Below are positions 26,363-38,284 of a stretch of 64,000 bases of DNA, one piece after another. Source of the stretch: Mobula hypostoma. Its lineage: Eukaryota. Numbering within the stretch: the first letter of the stretch is position 1; every line of letters starts with the position of its first letter. Both the position numbers and the translations under genes were made by a program. The DNA lies in NCBI RefSeq assembly GCF_963921235.1, contig NC_086097.1:56112001-56176000 (forward strand), read 5' to 3'. The notes beneath the pieces are model-generated. The model was not told where the DNA came from, did no database searches, and saw nothing but the letters and a program-made list of their open reading frames with translations.

Positions 26363-26808
26363 AGTCCATCAGCGTTTCCTTGAAAGTCACCTGTACTGCA
26401 AGTTAAAATAATGCCAGTTCCACACCCCAGTCATTTTCTTCCTTGGTTGCATCCTTTCACCCCAAGGCATAACTATGGACCCAGATAGAGTGCGTGTTGT
26501 CATGGGATGGCCCCAACTGCACACCCTCAGACAATTACAGTGTTTCTTGGGCTTCTCCAACTTCTGCCCCCATTTCATCTGAAACACCAGTCTAATCACC
26601 ACTCCTCTCTCCTCCCTGACCAAGTCTCCTACCTCACAGGTAACCTAGTCTGCTGCTGTGGGCCACACCTTCAAGGAATTCACAGGACACTTCACCACCA
26701 CTCCCATTCTCCGTCATCCGAACACTTCCGGACCCTTTGTGGTAGAGGTGGCCGCATCTGATGTGGGCGCCAGGGCCATTGTCTCCCGGTGTGGAGTGGA
26801 CAGGAAGA

Positions 26809-27120
26809 TACACCCTTGCGTCTCCTTGTTTATTTTATTATTTAGCAATACTGCGCAGAATACCCTTTCGACCCTTTAGGCTATGCTGCCCCAGCGACCC
26901 TGACAACCCCATTTAAGCCCAACCTAATCCATGACAATTTACAGTGACTAATTAACCAACCAGATACATTGATGGACCGTGGGAGGGAGTCGGAGCACCC
27001 AGGGAAAGCCCCTGCATTCCTTGGGGAAGACGTATAGATTCCTTACAAATGGCGCCAGAAATTAACTCAGATCTCTGGAGCACCCCGAGCTGTAATAGTG
27101 TCACGCTAACTGCTACAGCT
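26809..27120 (-). mobile_element. V-SINE (HE1-like) tRNA-derived SINE
   Basis: Reverse strand reads gtagcagttagcgtgacactattacagc..gtaaggaatctatacgtcttcccc..gggtgctccgactccctcccac; AATAA-type tail; homologous to 49265-49507 and 53990-54262. Confidence 0.8.
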
Positions 27121-27124
27121 CTGG

Positions 27125-28565
27125 GAGCTACTGGAAAGATGACGCCGATAGGGGCTGACTCATTGCATGCAGCTCCAATGGGAATCATCAAATATTCCCA
27201 TTCAACACTGCTACAGCTGAAATCCACAGTTACAACCATGGGTTCTTCAGTAAGCAAAGTCAATTCAATATGTATTAAAAAATTTATCATTCCTTAAAAT
27301 TGATGGATCCCGGACTGCAGACTGAGGTCGCAAATGTAGGTTCCCTTTAAGAAAAAGGAAGAGAGGAAAGCGTGCCTGGCTGCAAGTAAAATTGAAAAGC
27401 AGAGGCTTTAGACCCCCAGTCCCGACTATCTGTCTGGAAAATAAAGCTATAAACCCGAGAGCAAGGTTGCTGTACCAGAAGGACATCTGGGACTGCTGTG
27501 TACTTTGCTTCATGGAAACGTGGCTATCCCCTGCTATTTTGGACACAGTGCTGCAGCTTGGTGGCTTCACTATTCATCATAAGGACAGGATAGCTCAGTC
27601 TTTTAAAGGTAGAGGAGGTGGAGTATGCTTTATATTTAACTCATTGTGGAGCACAGATGTGGTGGTTCAGTATCAGCACTGTTCACCCGACTCGGAACAG
27701 CTAGTGGTCAATTGTCATCTTTTTTATCAACCAAGAGAGTTTTCCGTCATCATCCTGGTAGTGGTGTACATTCCACCTCAGACTAACGTCAGGCAGGCAC
27801 TGGAGGAGCTAAGCTCCATAATCAACAGGCATGAAACAGTGCACCCTGATGCCTTCCCTATCATTGTAGGGGATTTCAACCAGGCTAGCTTGAAGAGGTC
27901 TCTGACGAACTACCACCAACATATCACTTGTGGAACTGGAGGAGTCAACCCACTTGGCCACTGTTATACCGTCATCAAGAATGCTTACCGTGCCACCCCA
28001 TGCCCACACTTCAGAAAGTCCAATGACCTGTCTGTACTTCCACTCTATGTATAGGCTAAGAACAAAGAGCTCAGCACCAGTGGTGAGCAAGAAGCAAATA
28101 TCATCAAAGGAGGCAGAGGTGTGATTATAGGACTGCTTTGAGTCAGTGAACTAGACAATACTCAGGGACTCATCTTTGAGACTGAACGAATATGCCACAG
28201 TTGCGAATACACCAGACATACACAAATCAAAAACTGTGGATGATCCAGGAGATTTGTAGTCTGAGGGCTAGATCTGTGGCATTCAAGACCAGTGATCCAG
28301 AACTATACAAGAAATGCAAATACAACCTATTGAATGCTAGCATAGGAGTGAAAAAACAATTCCAATTGAGGTTAGAGACAAAAATTGGATGTACGTTAGC
28401 TTTGGCAGTGTTTGAAGGTCATTACTTCCTACAAAGCAAAACCTAACATCATGAATGGCTGTGATACTACACTCCCAGATAAGCTCAACATCTTTGCTGC
28501 ATGCTTTGAAGGGAAAAATAAAATTACATCTATGCGAATCCTTGCAGCATCCAGTGGCCTGTAAT
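27125..28565 (+). mobile_element. Rex1/Babar LINE 5' part encoding an AP-endonuclease domain, 3'-truncated
   Basis: ORF 27392-28054: CFMETWL, GGGVC, VYIPP, VGDFNQA, LGHCY, RKSND. Confidence 0.85.
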
Positions 28566-28888
28566 CTCTCCCTTTTCTTTCTTCAATGGCCTTCTGTCCT
28601 CTCTCATCAGATTCCCCCTTCTCCAGCCATGTATTTCTTTCATCAATCTTCCCAGCTCTTTACTTCACCCCTCCCAGTTTCACTTTTCACCTTGTGATTC
28701 TTCCTCCCCTCCCCCCACCTTCTAACTCTGACTGTTCATCTTTCCTTCTCCAGTCCTGCTGAAGGGTCTCAGACCAAAATGTAAACTGTACTCTTTTCTG
28801 TAGATGCTGCCTCATCTGCTGAGTTCCTCCAGCATTTTTGTGTGTTGCTTGGATTTCCAACGTCTGCAGATTTTGTCTTGTTTGTGAC
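28566..28888 (+). mobile_element. Penelope-like 3' terminal region with hammerhead relic
   Basis: Pyrimidine-rich body, cagtcctgctgaagggtctcagaccaaaatgtaaactg, then gctgagttcctccagcatttttgtgtgttgc. Confidence 0.8.
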
Positions 28889-31800
28889 TGAAAAATTATA
28901 TGAGGTTTAAATTAAATATGAAAAACCATTCCACTGATCAATTACTTGAGAACAAAGAGCTAAGATTGTTACCAATCAAACAGGAAGGTTAGGAGCTTAT
29001 TTTAAAATCAAACATGCATTCTGAATGGCAAAATAAATCTTCAGATACAGTGAATGGGGCAGAATTCATGGTGCCTTTGAAACATTTGAAAAGTACACTT
29101 TTAAAGATGTGAGAATAGAGGAGGAATGAGGGATAAGTCTGCAAGAAGCGTTCACTGGCATAATGGATTGAATAGCCTTGTTCTCTTATGTATCTACATG
29201 CCATTGCAGCTCAACTGAGCTGTTATATACTGAAACTATGAAAGGTGGACACAGCACCTCTTCAGATCTGTCAATCAATGATAAGTGAGTCATCTCGTCA
29301 GTTTTGAATCAGTTAGGATTAGATAGAAGTAGCTAAATTGGGATCTAAATGAACCATTAATCTTCTCCCTGTTGTAAATTAATTGAATGACTAAATAAAT
29401 ATAAACTGCAAGCAGATTCAAATGTAATCTGACTAATGGGAACTACTATACAAAACTGCACCTGGCAATTATACTTTTTAAGTGCAGCATAAGGTTGGAG
29501 GGCGAGTGACAGTGTTCAAAGAGTTTAACAGTGAGCTAATTCTAATAGCACTTCAATCGTAACATTTCTTCTTAAGAGTTGGTATTTCTGAAGTAAATTT
29601 AGCATCAATGTTGCCTGTTGAGTGTTGTTTTCTTCTTTGGTATTTAGAAATGCATTATCCAATATTTTATTCCAGTCTTTTACTGATGTTTTTATTGTTA
29701 TTGTGTTCTTCTGTGCATCAGGCATATAGAGAATGTCAAAATATCAGGATGTGAAAGATGTGTGATCATTATCAGCATATTAATATTGCAGTTAATATGT
29801 GCATGCTTATTACAAGTAATGTGATTAATTTAATATCTGGCACAACACAAAAGAACATTAGATTGGACACAGTGGGAAGATTAATACCCAAAAGACTTGC
29901 TCATAACTATTAGCACTAAAAACCTTAGCTTTCTGTAGTGCTGTTTATATTAATAAACCAGCAAACTAAAGCCAAATCAGAATATTATGCAGTTCAAAGC
30001 ATGAAGAAAGTGCATTTTTTTCACAAATTTATAATACTACATTTGCTTTTAAAGATCACAGATACATCTTGCTTTGGCGAATGACTTGAAGCAATCCAGT
30101 ACATCTGACTAATGATTGTAAAATGATGCAAACTTTCCACCTCTTGCTCTTTGTGGCTTCTTCAGACACAGAATGCAAGTAGTATTGAATATAATGCTAC
30201 AAATGCAGCATGTAAGGGACACAGTTCACGTCTGCAATGGACGTGCATGGTTGGAGCAGCTTGTGCTGCCTTTATCCAGTATTCACAGGACCAAGGCTGA
30301 AGAACTGCTCTCTTGTCTGATAGGCTGCTGTTGCAAACTTATGAGCCTGGCTGGCAAAGTGCCCAGAACATGATTCAGTGTCTCATGCCAGCTTATTGCT
30401 TCTCATGATAAGTCCCCAATCATTTTCTTTTATTCCATTAGAAAAAAAATCACCAAAAAACACAGGATAACAATTACGTTGTTTGGACAGTTTGCTTGAT
30501 AGCATAACAAACAATGTGTTAAATTATGCTTATTTGAATAGCAAGTGTTACATATGGATGGCAAAATAAATTCTGGAATTATTTTGAGACCAGGGAGCAG
30601 CTTTGCTATCTTTCTCCCCATGAAAAACTCAAAAATATAAAGATCCCTCAGTATTCAGGAGTATAGGATTTCATCCATGTGCAGCAAGGCCAGCTATTAA
30701 TAGATGAAGGATGCACCAGTATCAGTAATTTTTCCACATGTTAACAAAGTCACAGAAGGTTTTAAATGGTGACTCCACCATTTGGCAGAAACTGTGAATC
30801 ACAAAATGGCTGTTCGTCATTTTAAATTCCCCCAAAATCCATGGCAGAATTAATAATTTTTTGTCTGTAAACCTACTAATGGTAAAACTTGGCAATTTAT
30901 TTTCACTTCCAGCAGGAGAAATAAACAAATGTACAGTTATTTTACGATATAGGAACAAGATATCCACAGATATAAAATTTCAGAAATTCTAATAAATAAA
31001 ACAGATGTCAAGGAAACCATATTTACAGCAATTTACACAACATAGAACATTTCCTGCCCTTCCACCTACTCCTCTGAACAATAGCAAGGTGCTCAGGTGT
31101 GAAACCTGCTGAAATTGCAAGAAGCATATCCATTGCTTATCATGGCATTCATTATGGCCAACAACAATAGTCTCATTCAGCCTATTAAATTTGCAGCAGT
31201 TCAGATTACATTGTTCCATCATAAATCAGGTGCAGTGCCTCACACTTCAAATCTAAAGTAAAATATTCCTTAAATAAAAATGTTTGCTATCAACACACAC
31301 CCCCATGAGGGGTGTTGACTGTGTCCCAACAAGAGAAGAACATCTGAGATCACGGATCTCCTATCACATCCTTTCATGTCCTTTCACGAGAAAGAAATAG
31401 CAGATTGAGTTTTAGTCTGGAGTCTAATAATTGGATGGTGGGGGGAGGGGTGGGGAGGAGAATGGAAAGCAGATATGCATTTAAATGTTTCAGAGTTTAT
31501 CTGTAGGAGTTTTCCAGTGGCAACCTACCTGATGGAATAGGCTGGGAAGCCTACTTCTTGACTGAAGTTTATAACAGTGGATGGTAGAGAAAATACACTC
31601 AAGCGATGACAGAAATCATGTGTGATGTCCGAATACAAAGGTATTTAAATTGTAGAAATCACCGTGTGATTGAGATAGAAAGGTTCACATGGTGATTGGA
31701 ATAGAAACAGGAGAAACCAGGTGGTCTGAAGATAGTTGGCAGGTGCAGTTTCCGACTGGGATGTAGGAGAAGGAGGGTGGTAGGGCTCCGAGAGTAGTTG

Positions 31801-32236
31801 TAGACATCACCAACAGATTGGTATTTATTCTATAGCTTGCTAGGCTAAGAATAATTCTACTTCACCTGGTCCACTATTATAGAGCCATAGTCATTGAAAA
31901 CTACAGTACAGAAACGTGCTCTTCAGCACATCTAGTCTGTGCCCAGCCATTTCTACTGTGTAGTCCCATCAACCTGCACAGGGGCCATAGGCCTCCATAC
32001 CCTTACCATCCATGTGCCTATCCAAACTTGTCTTAAACATTGAAATCAATCTCATATTCACCACTTGCACTGGCAGCTCATTCCACACTCTCACCACTCT
32101 CTGAGTGAAGAAGTTCCTCCTCATGTTCCCTTAAACAATTCACCTTTCACACTTAACCTATGACCTCTGAGTGTAGTGTCACTCAACTTCAGCGGAAAAG
32201 CCTGCTTGCATTTGCCCTATCTATACCATTCATAGT

Positions 32237-33058
32237 CATAGTCATACTTTATTGATCCCGAGGGAAATTGGTTTTCGTCACAGTTGCACCATAAATAATA
32301 TATAGTAATAGAACCATAAATAGTTAAATAGTAATATGTAAATTATGCCAGTAAATTATGAAAAAAGTCCAGGACCAGCCTATCGGCTCAGGGTGTCTGA
32401 CCCTCCAAGGGAGAAGTTGTAAAGTTTGATGGCCACAGGCAGGAATGACTTCCTATGACGCTCTGTGCTGCATCTCGGAGGAACGAGTCTCTGGCTGAAT
32501 GTACTCCTGTGCTGTGCCCATCCACTACATTATGTAGTGGATGGGAGACATTGACCAAGATGGCATGCAACTTAGACAGCATCCTCTTTTCAGACACCAC
32601 CATTAGAGAGTCCAGTTCCATCCCTACAACTTCACTGGCCTTACGAATGAGTTTGTTGATTCTGTTGGTGTCTGCTACCTTCAGCCTGCTGCCCCAGCAC
32701 ACAACAGCAAACATGATAGCACTGGCCACCACAGACTCGTAGAACATCCTCAGCATCATCCGACAGATGTTAAAGGACCTCAGTCTCCTCAGGAAATAGA
32801 GACGGCTCTGACCTTCTTGTAGACAGCCTCAGTGTTCTTTGACCAGTCCAGTTTATTGTCAATTCGTATCCCCAGGTATTTGTAATCCTCCACCATGTCC
32901 ACACTGACCCCCTGGATGGAAACAGGTGTCACCGGTACCTTAGCTCTCCTCAGGTCTACCACCAGCTCCTTAGTCTTATTCACATTAAGCTGCAGATAAT
33001 TCTGCTCACACCATGTGACAAAGTTTCCTACCATAGCCCTATACTCAACCTCATCAGT
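32237..33058 (-). mobile_element. Rex1/Babar LINE 3' fragment (different subfamily) nested in CR1
   Basis: ORFs 32789-33034 (LNVNKTKELVVDLRR..YKYLG) and 32388-32759 (FYESVVASAI..CWG); TSD ttcatagt at 32229-32236 and 33059-33066. Confidence 0.9.
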
Positions 33059-36000
33059 TTCATAGTTTTGTATGCCTCTATCAAATCTCCCCTCAATCTT
33101 CTACATTCCAGAGAATAAAGTTCTAAACTATTCAATCTTTCTTTACAACTCAGGTCCTCAAGTCCCAGCAACATCCTTGTAAATTTTCTCTGTACTGTTT
33201 CAATCTTATTCCCAAAGGTAGGTGACCAACACAGTACTCCATATTAGGACTCACTAATGTCTTATACAACTTCAACATAACATCCCAACTCCTGTACTCA
33301 ATACTTTAATCTATGAAGGCCAATCTGCCAAAAGCTTTCATAACAACCCTATCTACATGTGACGCTACTTTCAATGAATTAAGGACCTGTATTCCCAGAT
33401 CCCTTTGTTCTACCACTCACTGTGTAAGACCGGCCCTGGTTGGTCCTCCCAAAGAGCAACACCTCACACTTGTCTGTATTAAACTCCATCTGCATTTTCA
33501 GACAATTTTTCCAGCTGGTCCAGATCCCACTGCAAGCCTTGATAGTCTTCTTCACTGTTCATTACATCCCCATTCTTCATGTCATCTGCAAATTTGCTCA
33601 TCTAGTTAACCACATTATCATCCAGAGCATTGATATAGATGACAAACAAGAAACAGTCCAGCACCGATCACTGAGGCACTCCACTGGTCACAGGCCTTCA
33701 GTCAGAAAGACAACCATCTTCTTCCACAAAGCCAATGTCTAGTCCAATTTACTACCACATCTTGAAAGCCAAGCGATTGAACCTTCTTGACCAACCTCCC
33801 ATCTGGGACCTTGATAAGTACCTTGCTGAAGTCCATTCAGACAACATACACTGCCTTGCCTTTATCCACTTTCCTGGTAACATCCTCAAAAAACTGTATT
33901 GGGATGGTTAAATACAACCTACCATACACAAAGCCGTGCTGACTATCTCTAATCAATCCCTGTCTATCCAAATGCTCATATATCCTGTCTCTTAGAATAT
34001 CTTCCAATAACTCTCCCACTACTGATGTCAGGCTTTCTCAGAGCCTTTCCTCAACAGCTGAACAATATCAGTCAACCTCCAGTTCTCCAGTACATCACCT
34101 GTCACTAAGGATGATTTAAATATCTCTGCTATGGCCCTTGCAATGTCTGCACTTACCTCCCATAGGGTCCAAGGGAACACTTTGTCAGGCCCTGAGGATT
34201 AGTCCACCTTGATTTATTTCAAGACAGTAAACATCTCCTTCTATGTAATCAGTATAGGGTCCATCACATCACTGCTGCTTTGCCTTACTTCTATAGACGC
34301 TGAGTCAAAAAATCCATTTGCGATCTCCCCATCTCCTTTAGTTCTATGCATAGATTACTATTCTGATCTTTCAGAGGACCAATTTTGACTCTTGTAATCC
34401 TTTTGCTCTTAACATACTTGTAGGATTCTCCTTCAGCTTGTCTGCTAGAGAAACCTTATGCCTTCTTTTAGCCCTCCTGATTTCTTTCTTGTGTCCTCTG
34501 GCATTTCTTATATTCCTCAAGTAACTCATTTGTTCCAACCCACCTATACCTGCTATGCTCCTCCTTTTTGTCCTTAAACATGGTCTCAATATTTCTCAAA
34601 AGCCCTAAACCTGTTATCCTTGCCTTTGATTCTGACAGGCACATACAAGTTTTGTACTCTCAAAATTTCACTTTTGAAGACCTCCCACTTACCAAGTACA
34701 CCTTTGCCAGAAAACAGTCTGTCCTGATCCACACTGGACAGATGCATTCTGATACCATCAAAATTGACCCTCCTCCAATCTAGACTCTCAACCCAAGGAC
34801 CAGACATATCCTTTTCCATTATTAATTTAAAACTAATGACATTATGATCATTAGATGCAAAGCCTTTTCCCACACAAACTTTGGTCACCTGCCCTGTCTT
34901 ATTACCTAATAGGAGATCAAGTATTATGCACTTTCTCGTTGGGACTTCTATGTACTGATTCAGGAAACTTTCCTGAACATATTTGACAAACTCCATCCCA
35001 TCTAGTCCTTTTACAGTATGGGAGTCCCAGTCAATATGCAGAAAGCAAAATCACCTACTATCACAACCTTATGTTTCTGGCAACAGTCTACAATCTCTCT
35101 ACAAATTTGTTCCTCTAAATCCCGTGGACAGTTGGGTGGTCTATAATATAGCTCCATTAACGTGGTCATATTTTTCTATATTCCTCCGTTCCACCCATTA
35201 AGCCTTACTAGACAAGTTCTCCAGTTGGTCCTGACTGAGCACTGCCATGACATTTTCCCTAACTGGTAATGCCACACCTCTCCCTTTAATCCCCCCTGCT
35301 CTATCACATCTAAAAGAACGGAACCCCGGAATATTGAGCTGCCAGTCCTGCCCCTCTTGCAACCAAGTCTCACTAATAGCTGCAATGTCATAATTCCATG
35401 TGTCGATCCATGTCCTGAACTCACGTGACTCTCCTACGATACTTCTTGCATTAAAATATACACAACTCAGACCATTAGTCCCACCATGCTCAATCTTTTG
35501 CTTCCTGTCTTTGTCTGAGGTCTTAACAATATAATGTTAACATAATCACTCCACTATCTGTTCTGGTACTCTGGTTCCCATCGTCCTACAACTCTAGCTT
35601 AACTTCCCATCCACACCCATGCACACTAGCAAATCTTCCCACTAGGATATTAGACCCCCACCAGTTTAGGTACAAACCATCCCATCTGCACAGATCCCAC
35701 CTTCCCTGGAAGAGAGCCCTGAGAATTCAAACATCTGAAGCTCTCCCTCCAACTCCTTAGCCACATGTTAAACTGTATAACCTTCCTATTTCTGGCCTCA
35801 CTAGATTTAACAAATGTAGCAATCCTAAGATCACGACCCTGGAGGTCCTGACTTTAAACTTAGCACATATCTTCCTGACCTTACTTTGCAGAACCTCATC
35901 CCTCTTCCTACCTATGCCATTGGTACTGGAATGGATCATGACCTTGGGCTGCTCACCCTCCCACTTAAGAATGCAGAGGATTCAATCCAAGGTGTCCTGG

Positions 36001-36743
36001 ACCCTGGCACCCAGGAGGCAATGTACTATCCGGGAATCTCGTTCTCACCCACATAACTTCCTTTCTGTTCCGCTAACTAACTATCACCACAGCGCACCTC
36101 TTCTAACCCCTTTCCTCCTGAACTACAGACCCAGACTCAATGCCAGAGACCTGACTGTTGTGACTTACCTCTGCTAGGTCATCGTCCCCCAACAGTATCT
36201 GAGGTGGAATACCTGTTGTTGAGGGGGGTGGCACAGATGTACTCCACACTGGCTGTTTAACACCTTTCAGCCTCCTGACTGTCACCCAGTTTCCTATGTC
36301 CCGTACCTTGGGTGTACCTCTCTATATGTCTTGTCTATCACCCCCTCCACTTCCCAAATGATTCAGAATCCATCCGGTTTCAGCTCCAAATCCTCAATGC
36401 GGAGTGTTAGAATCTGCAGCTGGATGCACTTTTTACAAGTGAAGTTGACAGAGACACTCAAGGTCTCCCTGCTTTCCCACATCCTGCAAGAGGAGCATTC
36501 AACTATCCTGCTCTAGTTATGCAATTATAAAGAAGGAAACAATAAATAAACTGGAAAAAAATCACCCAACAGGTTTTCGCCTTCTCTCCCTCAAATCTCT
36601 CCTCGCTGAAGCCTCAAAGAGCGAAAGCCCCAAAACCATCACTCTAACACTGTCCATTCCAACATGGCCGCTGCCAGAAAGGCTGCTCCACCTGCCCCTG
36701 CCATATTTTAATTTGCACTTGTTAATGAACCCCAATTTCTGAT

Positions 36744-36923
36744 TGGCCACTGTTCAAACACCAAAACTCCCATGAAGTGTTGGTTTTTAATGCTCTCTTG
36801 CTGACCTGAGAGAGTCACCTCTTCACTCTCTCCTGATCTCTGAAAGGCCACTGTTCAAGCACTGAATCTCCCATGAGGCACTGCTTTAATGCTCACTCGC
36901 TGACCTGAGAGAGTCACCTCCTC
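36744..36923. repeat. Two-copy ~100 bp tandem repeat at the 5' end of the CR1
   Basis: ggccactgttcaa..ctcccatga..tttaatgctc..gctgacctgagagagtcacctc occurs twice. Confidence 0.85.
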
Positions 36924-37349
36924 TGTGTATTTATTGCTTCAATAATGTTTGAATAACCTTGTATATATATTGCATGATTAAGCATCCTTCTTTGTTTCAA
37001 TAATTTATTACACGTTATATATAAAAGTAAACATTCTGTGAGCAATGACATTTTTCTAATCCTTTCCTGCTCAGACATATGTTTGGTGTAAGTCACTTTA
37101 AGAAGTCTGTGCTGAATCACCAACACAATAGAAGCAGGAGTAGACCATGAGGCCCCTTATGCCCCAGCATTTCATGTGATTATGTCTAATCTGCTTCTTG
37201 CCTCAACTTTTCTGTGTCCGTTCAAAATTCCAAGTAATTTTATTATCAAAGTACAAATATGTCACCATTAACAACCCCGTGATTCATTTTCTTGCAGGCA
37301 TATTCAATAAATCTACAGAATAATAACTATACTAGAATCAACAACTTTT

Positions 37350-38284
37350 GAGCAGCTGGTTACAGCCAGAGTGCAGAATTCAGGGAGTAGATGGGTGAAC
37401 ACCGAGAGAGATAAAGGGAGAAAGAAGGCAGTGCAGGATCCTTCTATGGCCATTCCCATCATCAACAGATACACCCCTTTGTATACTGCTGAGGGGGGTG
37501 ACCTATCTGGGTAAGGCAGCAGCAGCCCAACCAATAGCACTGCGGTTGGCTCTAAGCATCAGAAGGGTAGGGTGAAGTCAGGTGGAGCCAGGGTGAAGTT
37601 GAGGGACTCAATAGTTAGGGGGGGAAAATAGGAGATTCTGCAGCAGCAAAACAGACACCAGTATAGTGTGTTGCCTCCTGGGTGCTAGGCTCCAGAATGT
37701 CTCTGAGCAGTTTCAGAATATTCTTGAAGGGGAGGGTGAGCAGGTGGAGGTCGTGGTAAGTTGGTACCAATGACATAGGTAGGAGAAGGGTAGAGGTCCC
37801 GTGCGGTAAGTTTACGGAGTTAGGAAGGAGACTGAAAAGCTGGGCCTCCGAGGTGGTACCTCCGGATTACTCCTGGTGCCATGAGCTAGTGAAGGTCAGA
37901 ACAGGAAGGTAGCGCAGATGAATGAGTGGCTGAGGAGATGGTGCAGGGGGCAGGGTTCATGTTCTTGGATCATTGGAACCTTCTTGTACAGGGGTGACCT
38001 GTACAAGTGAGATGGGTTGCACCTGAACTGGAGGAGAACCAATATCCTGGGAGGGAGGTTTGCTCATGCTATTGGGGAGGGTTAAAACTAGATTTGCAGG
38101 TGGGTGGGAACTGAAATGAAGAGGCACAGGATGGGGTGGTTGGCGTACAAGTAGAGGCAGCTTGTAGGGAGTTTGTGAGGAAGGATAAGCAGATGATAGA
38201 GCGAAGTTGCACTCAGCCAGATGGGTTGAGATGTGTCTATTTTAATGCAAGCAGTATCATAAATAAGGTGGATGAACTTAGAGA
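37350..38284 (+). mobile_element. CR1 5' part: ORF1 esterase region and start of ORF2
   Basis: VCCLLGARLQNVSEQFQNILEGEGEQ, GTNDIGR, DGLHLNWRRTNILG; ORF2 start [21 protein letters not shown]. Confidence 0.85.

Larger units (their letters stand above)
22975..26805 (+). mobile_element. Decayed Ty3/Gypsy (sushi-like) LTR retrotransposon internal region: gag, protease, RT, RNase H
   Basis: Gag FELQ..AKIIFLISLLTEQALTWA (23038-23130) and FRTL..LKDQL..LITLA; degenerate knuckle LCPYYGVAIHQHIKCP; protease [60 protein letters not shown]; RNase H PFVVEVAASDVGARA. Confidence 0.9.
31878..36925 (-). mobile_element. Near full-length degenerate CR1 LINE (5' UTR, ORF1 with Cys-rich and SGNH esterase parts, ORF2 APE-RT)
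   Basis: ORF1 relics TNGIGRKRDEVLQ..TSRVVILGLL (35757-35939) and TCKKCIQLQIL (~36410-36445); ORF2 relics QESFLNQYIEVPTR..LDLLL..NDHN, IRDSQHGFV; CR1 3' UTR at 31880-32000. Confidence 0.9.

Noticed and set aside
30166..30211. Plus-strand 46-nt candidate exon (ttcttcag..gtaagg)
   Set aside because: Such site pairs arise by chance in 64 kb; peptide not recognisable
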